Shown here piece after piece: positions 63,165 to 64,000 of a DNA stretch of 64,000 nt. The notes below the pieces were generated by a model. That model was given only the letters and a program-made list of their open reading frames with translations. It had not been told where the DNA came from and did no database searches. This DNA is from Chiloscyllium plagiosum. Lineage: Eukaryota. The stretch lies in NCBI RefSeq assembly GCF_004010195.1, contig NC_057712.1:87911872-87975871 (forward strand), given 5' to 3'. The position numbers were made by a program, and so were the translations under genes. Position 1 is the first letter of the stretch. Each line of letters starts with the position of its first letter.

Positions 63165-63353
63165 AGGCAGAAGTGGGTACTGCAGATGCTGGATATTAGA
63201 GTCAAGGTTAGAGTGGTGCTGGGAAAGCTCAGCAGATCAGGCAGCATCCAAAGAGCAGGAAAATCAAAGGGCCTTTGCCCGAAACGTTGATTTTTCGGCT
63301 CCTTGGATGCTGCCTGACCTGCTGTGCTTTTCCAGCATCACTCTAATCTTGAC
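63165..63353. mobile_element. Palindromic family-A-related element, CTGATGA box deleted
   Basis: aggcagaagtgggtactgcagatgctgg...gaaaatc|aaagggcctttgcccgaaacgttgatt...ccagcatcactctaatcttgac. Confidence 0.82.
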
Positions 63354-63374
63354 ATTTATATATATATATATATA

Positions 63375-63722
63375 GATGTTATGGCCAACTTTACAGATGA
63401 CGCAAAGTGGATATGAGAGTCTAGGACCAGAGGGCATAATCTCAGAATTAAAGTTCACACACATTTAAGACAGAGAGAGGGATTTCCTCTCTCAGACACT
63501 AGTAAATCTGTGGCATTCCTTACCACAAAGGGCTGTTGAGATTGTGTTGTTAAGTATGTTCAAGCTAAAACAGACAGATTTTTAATCAGCAAGGAAATCA
63601 AGAGTAATAGGGAAAGAAAAGAAAGCAGAATTAAGGATTAGGATATTGGCCATGATCACATTGAATAGGAAAATGGACTCGATGGGTTGAAAAAGCCTAC
63701 TTTTGCTCCTATGTCATATTCT
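63375..63722 (+). mobile_element. CR1 3' fragment
   Basis: gagtctaggaccagagggcataatctcagaat (SRTRGHNLR) and 3'UTR. Confidence 0.75.
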
Positions 63723-64000
63723 CTTACGTGCCCTTCAATGTGTAAGTCCAAATGTCTGTCATCCTACAGCCATAGCTCTGTATTGACAACTGGATCATAC
63801 CCATTTATTTCTATTTGTGTTGTTACTTCATTTGTTTTATTTTAAATGTTGCAAGTATTCAGTTAAAAAGCATTTAGTTTTCTCCTTTAGTTTTGTAGCT
63901 TTTAGCCTTTTCTATGATTCATTGTTAAAACTGTACTCTCTATTCATTCCTGTTGCAGCTAGTTTATCTCTTCTCATATTAATACCTTTCTCTCATGCCT

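Noticed and set aside
56109-64000. Next MCHR2 exon (expected Y.A.V.P.. after DR)
   Set aside because: No acceptor followed by a matching frame was found by eye; it probably lies beyond the window.
1-64000. CRISPR array, operon or other prokaryotic system
   Set aside because: No regularly spaced repeat-spacer array and no dense coding; the sequence is vertebrate intergenic and intronic DNA.

Overview
Vertebrate (shark/elasmobranch-type) genomic DNA, judged from HE1-type tRNA/V-SINEs and abundant CR1 (HER1-like) LINEs. The only host gene I can support is MCHR2 (melanin-concentrating hormone receptor 2) on the + strand. Its first two coding exons lie at 53059-53240 and 55899-56108, with a probable CpG-rich promoter and non-coding first exon near 32.0-32.65 kb. 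The remaining exons are not found in the window. The rest is dense, mostly degenerate TE sequence: CR1, SINEs, a Gypsy relic, a retrovirus-like RT relic, a possible env relic, and several Penelope-like elements (PLEs). The most striking signal is a recurrent set of short (80-250 bp), often palindromic insertions with variable 13-20 bp target-site duplications (TSDs). They carry a minimal type-I hammerhead ribozyme core (CTGA[A/T]GA-N-stemII-GAA-palindrome-H). Three unrelated families keep a self-complementary 4-mer in stem III (ACGT or AGCT). One intact-looking copy sits in sense orientation in an MCHR2 intron. All calls come from reading the sequence by eye; no searches or folding were run.
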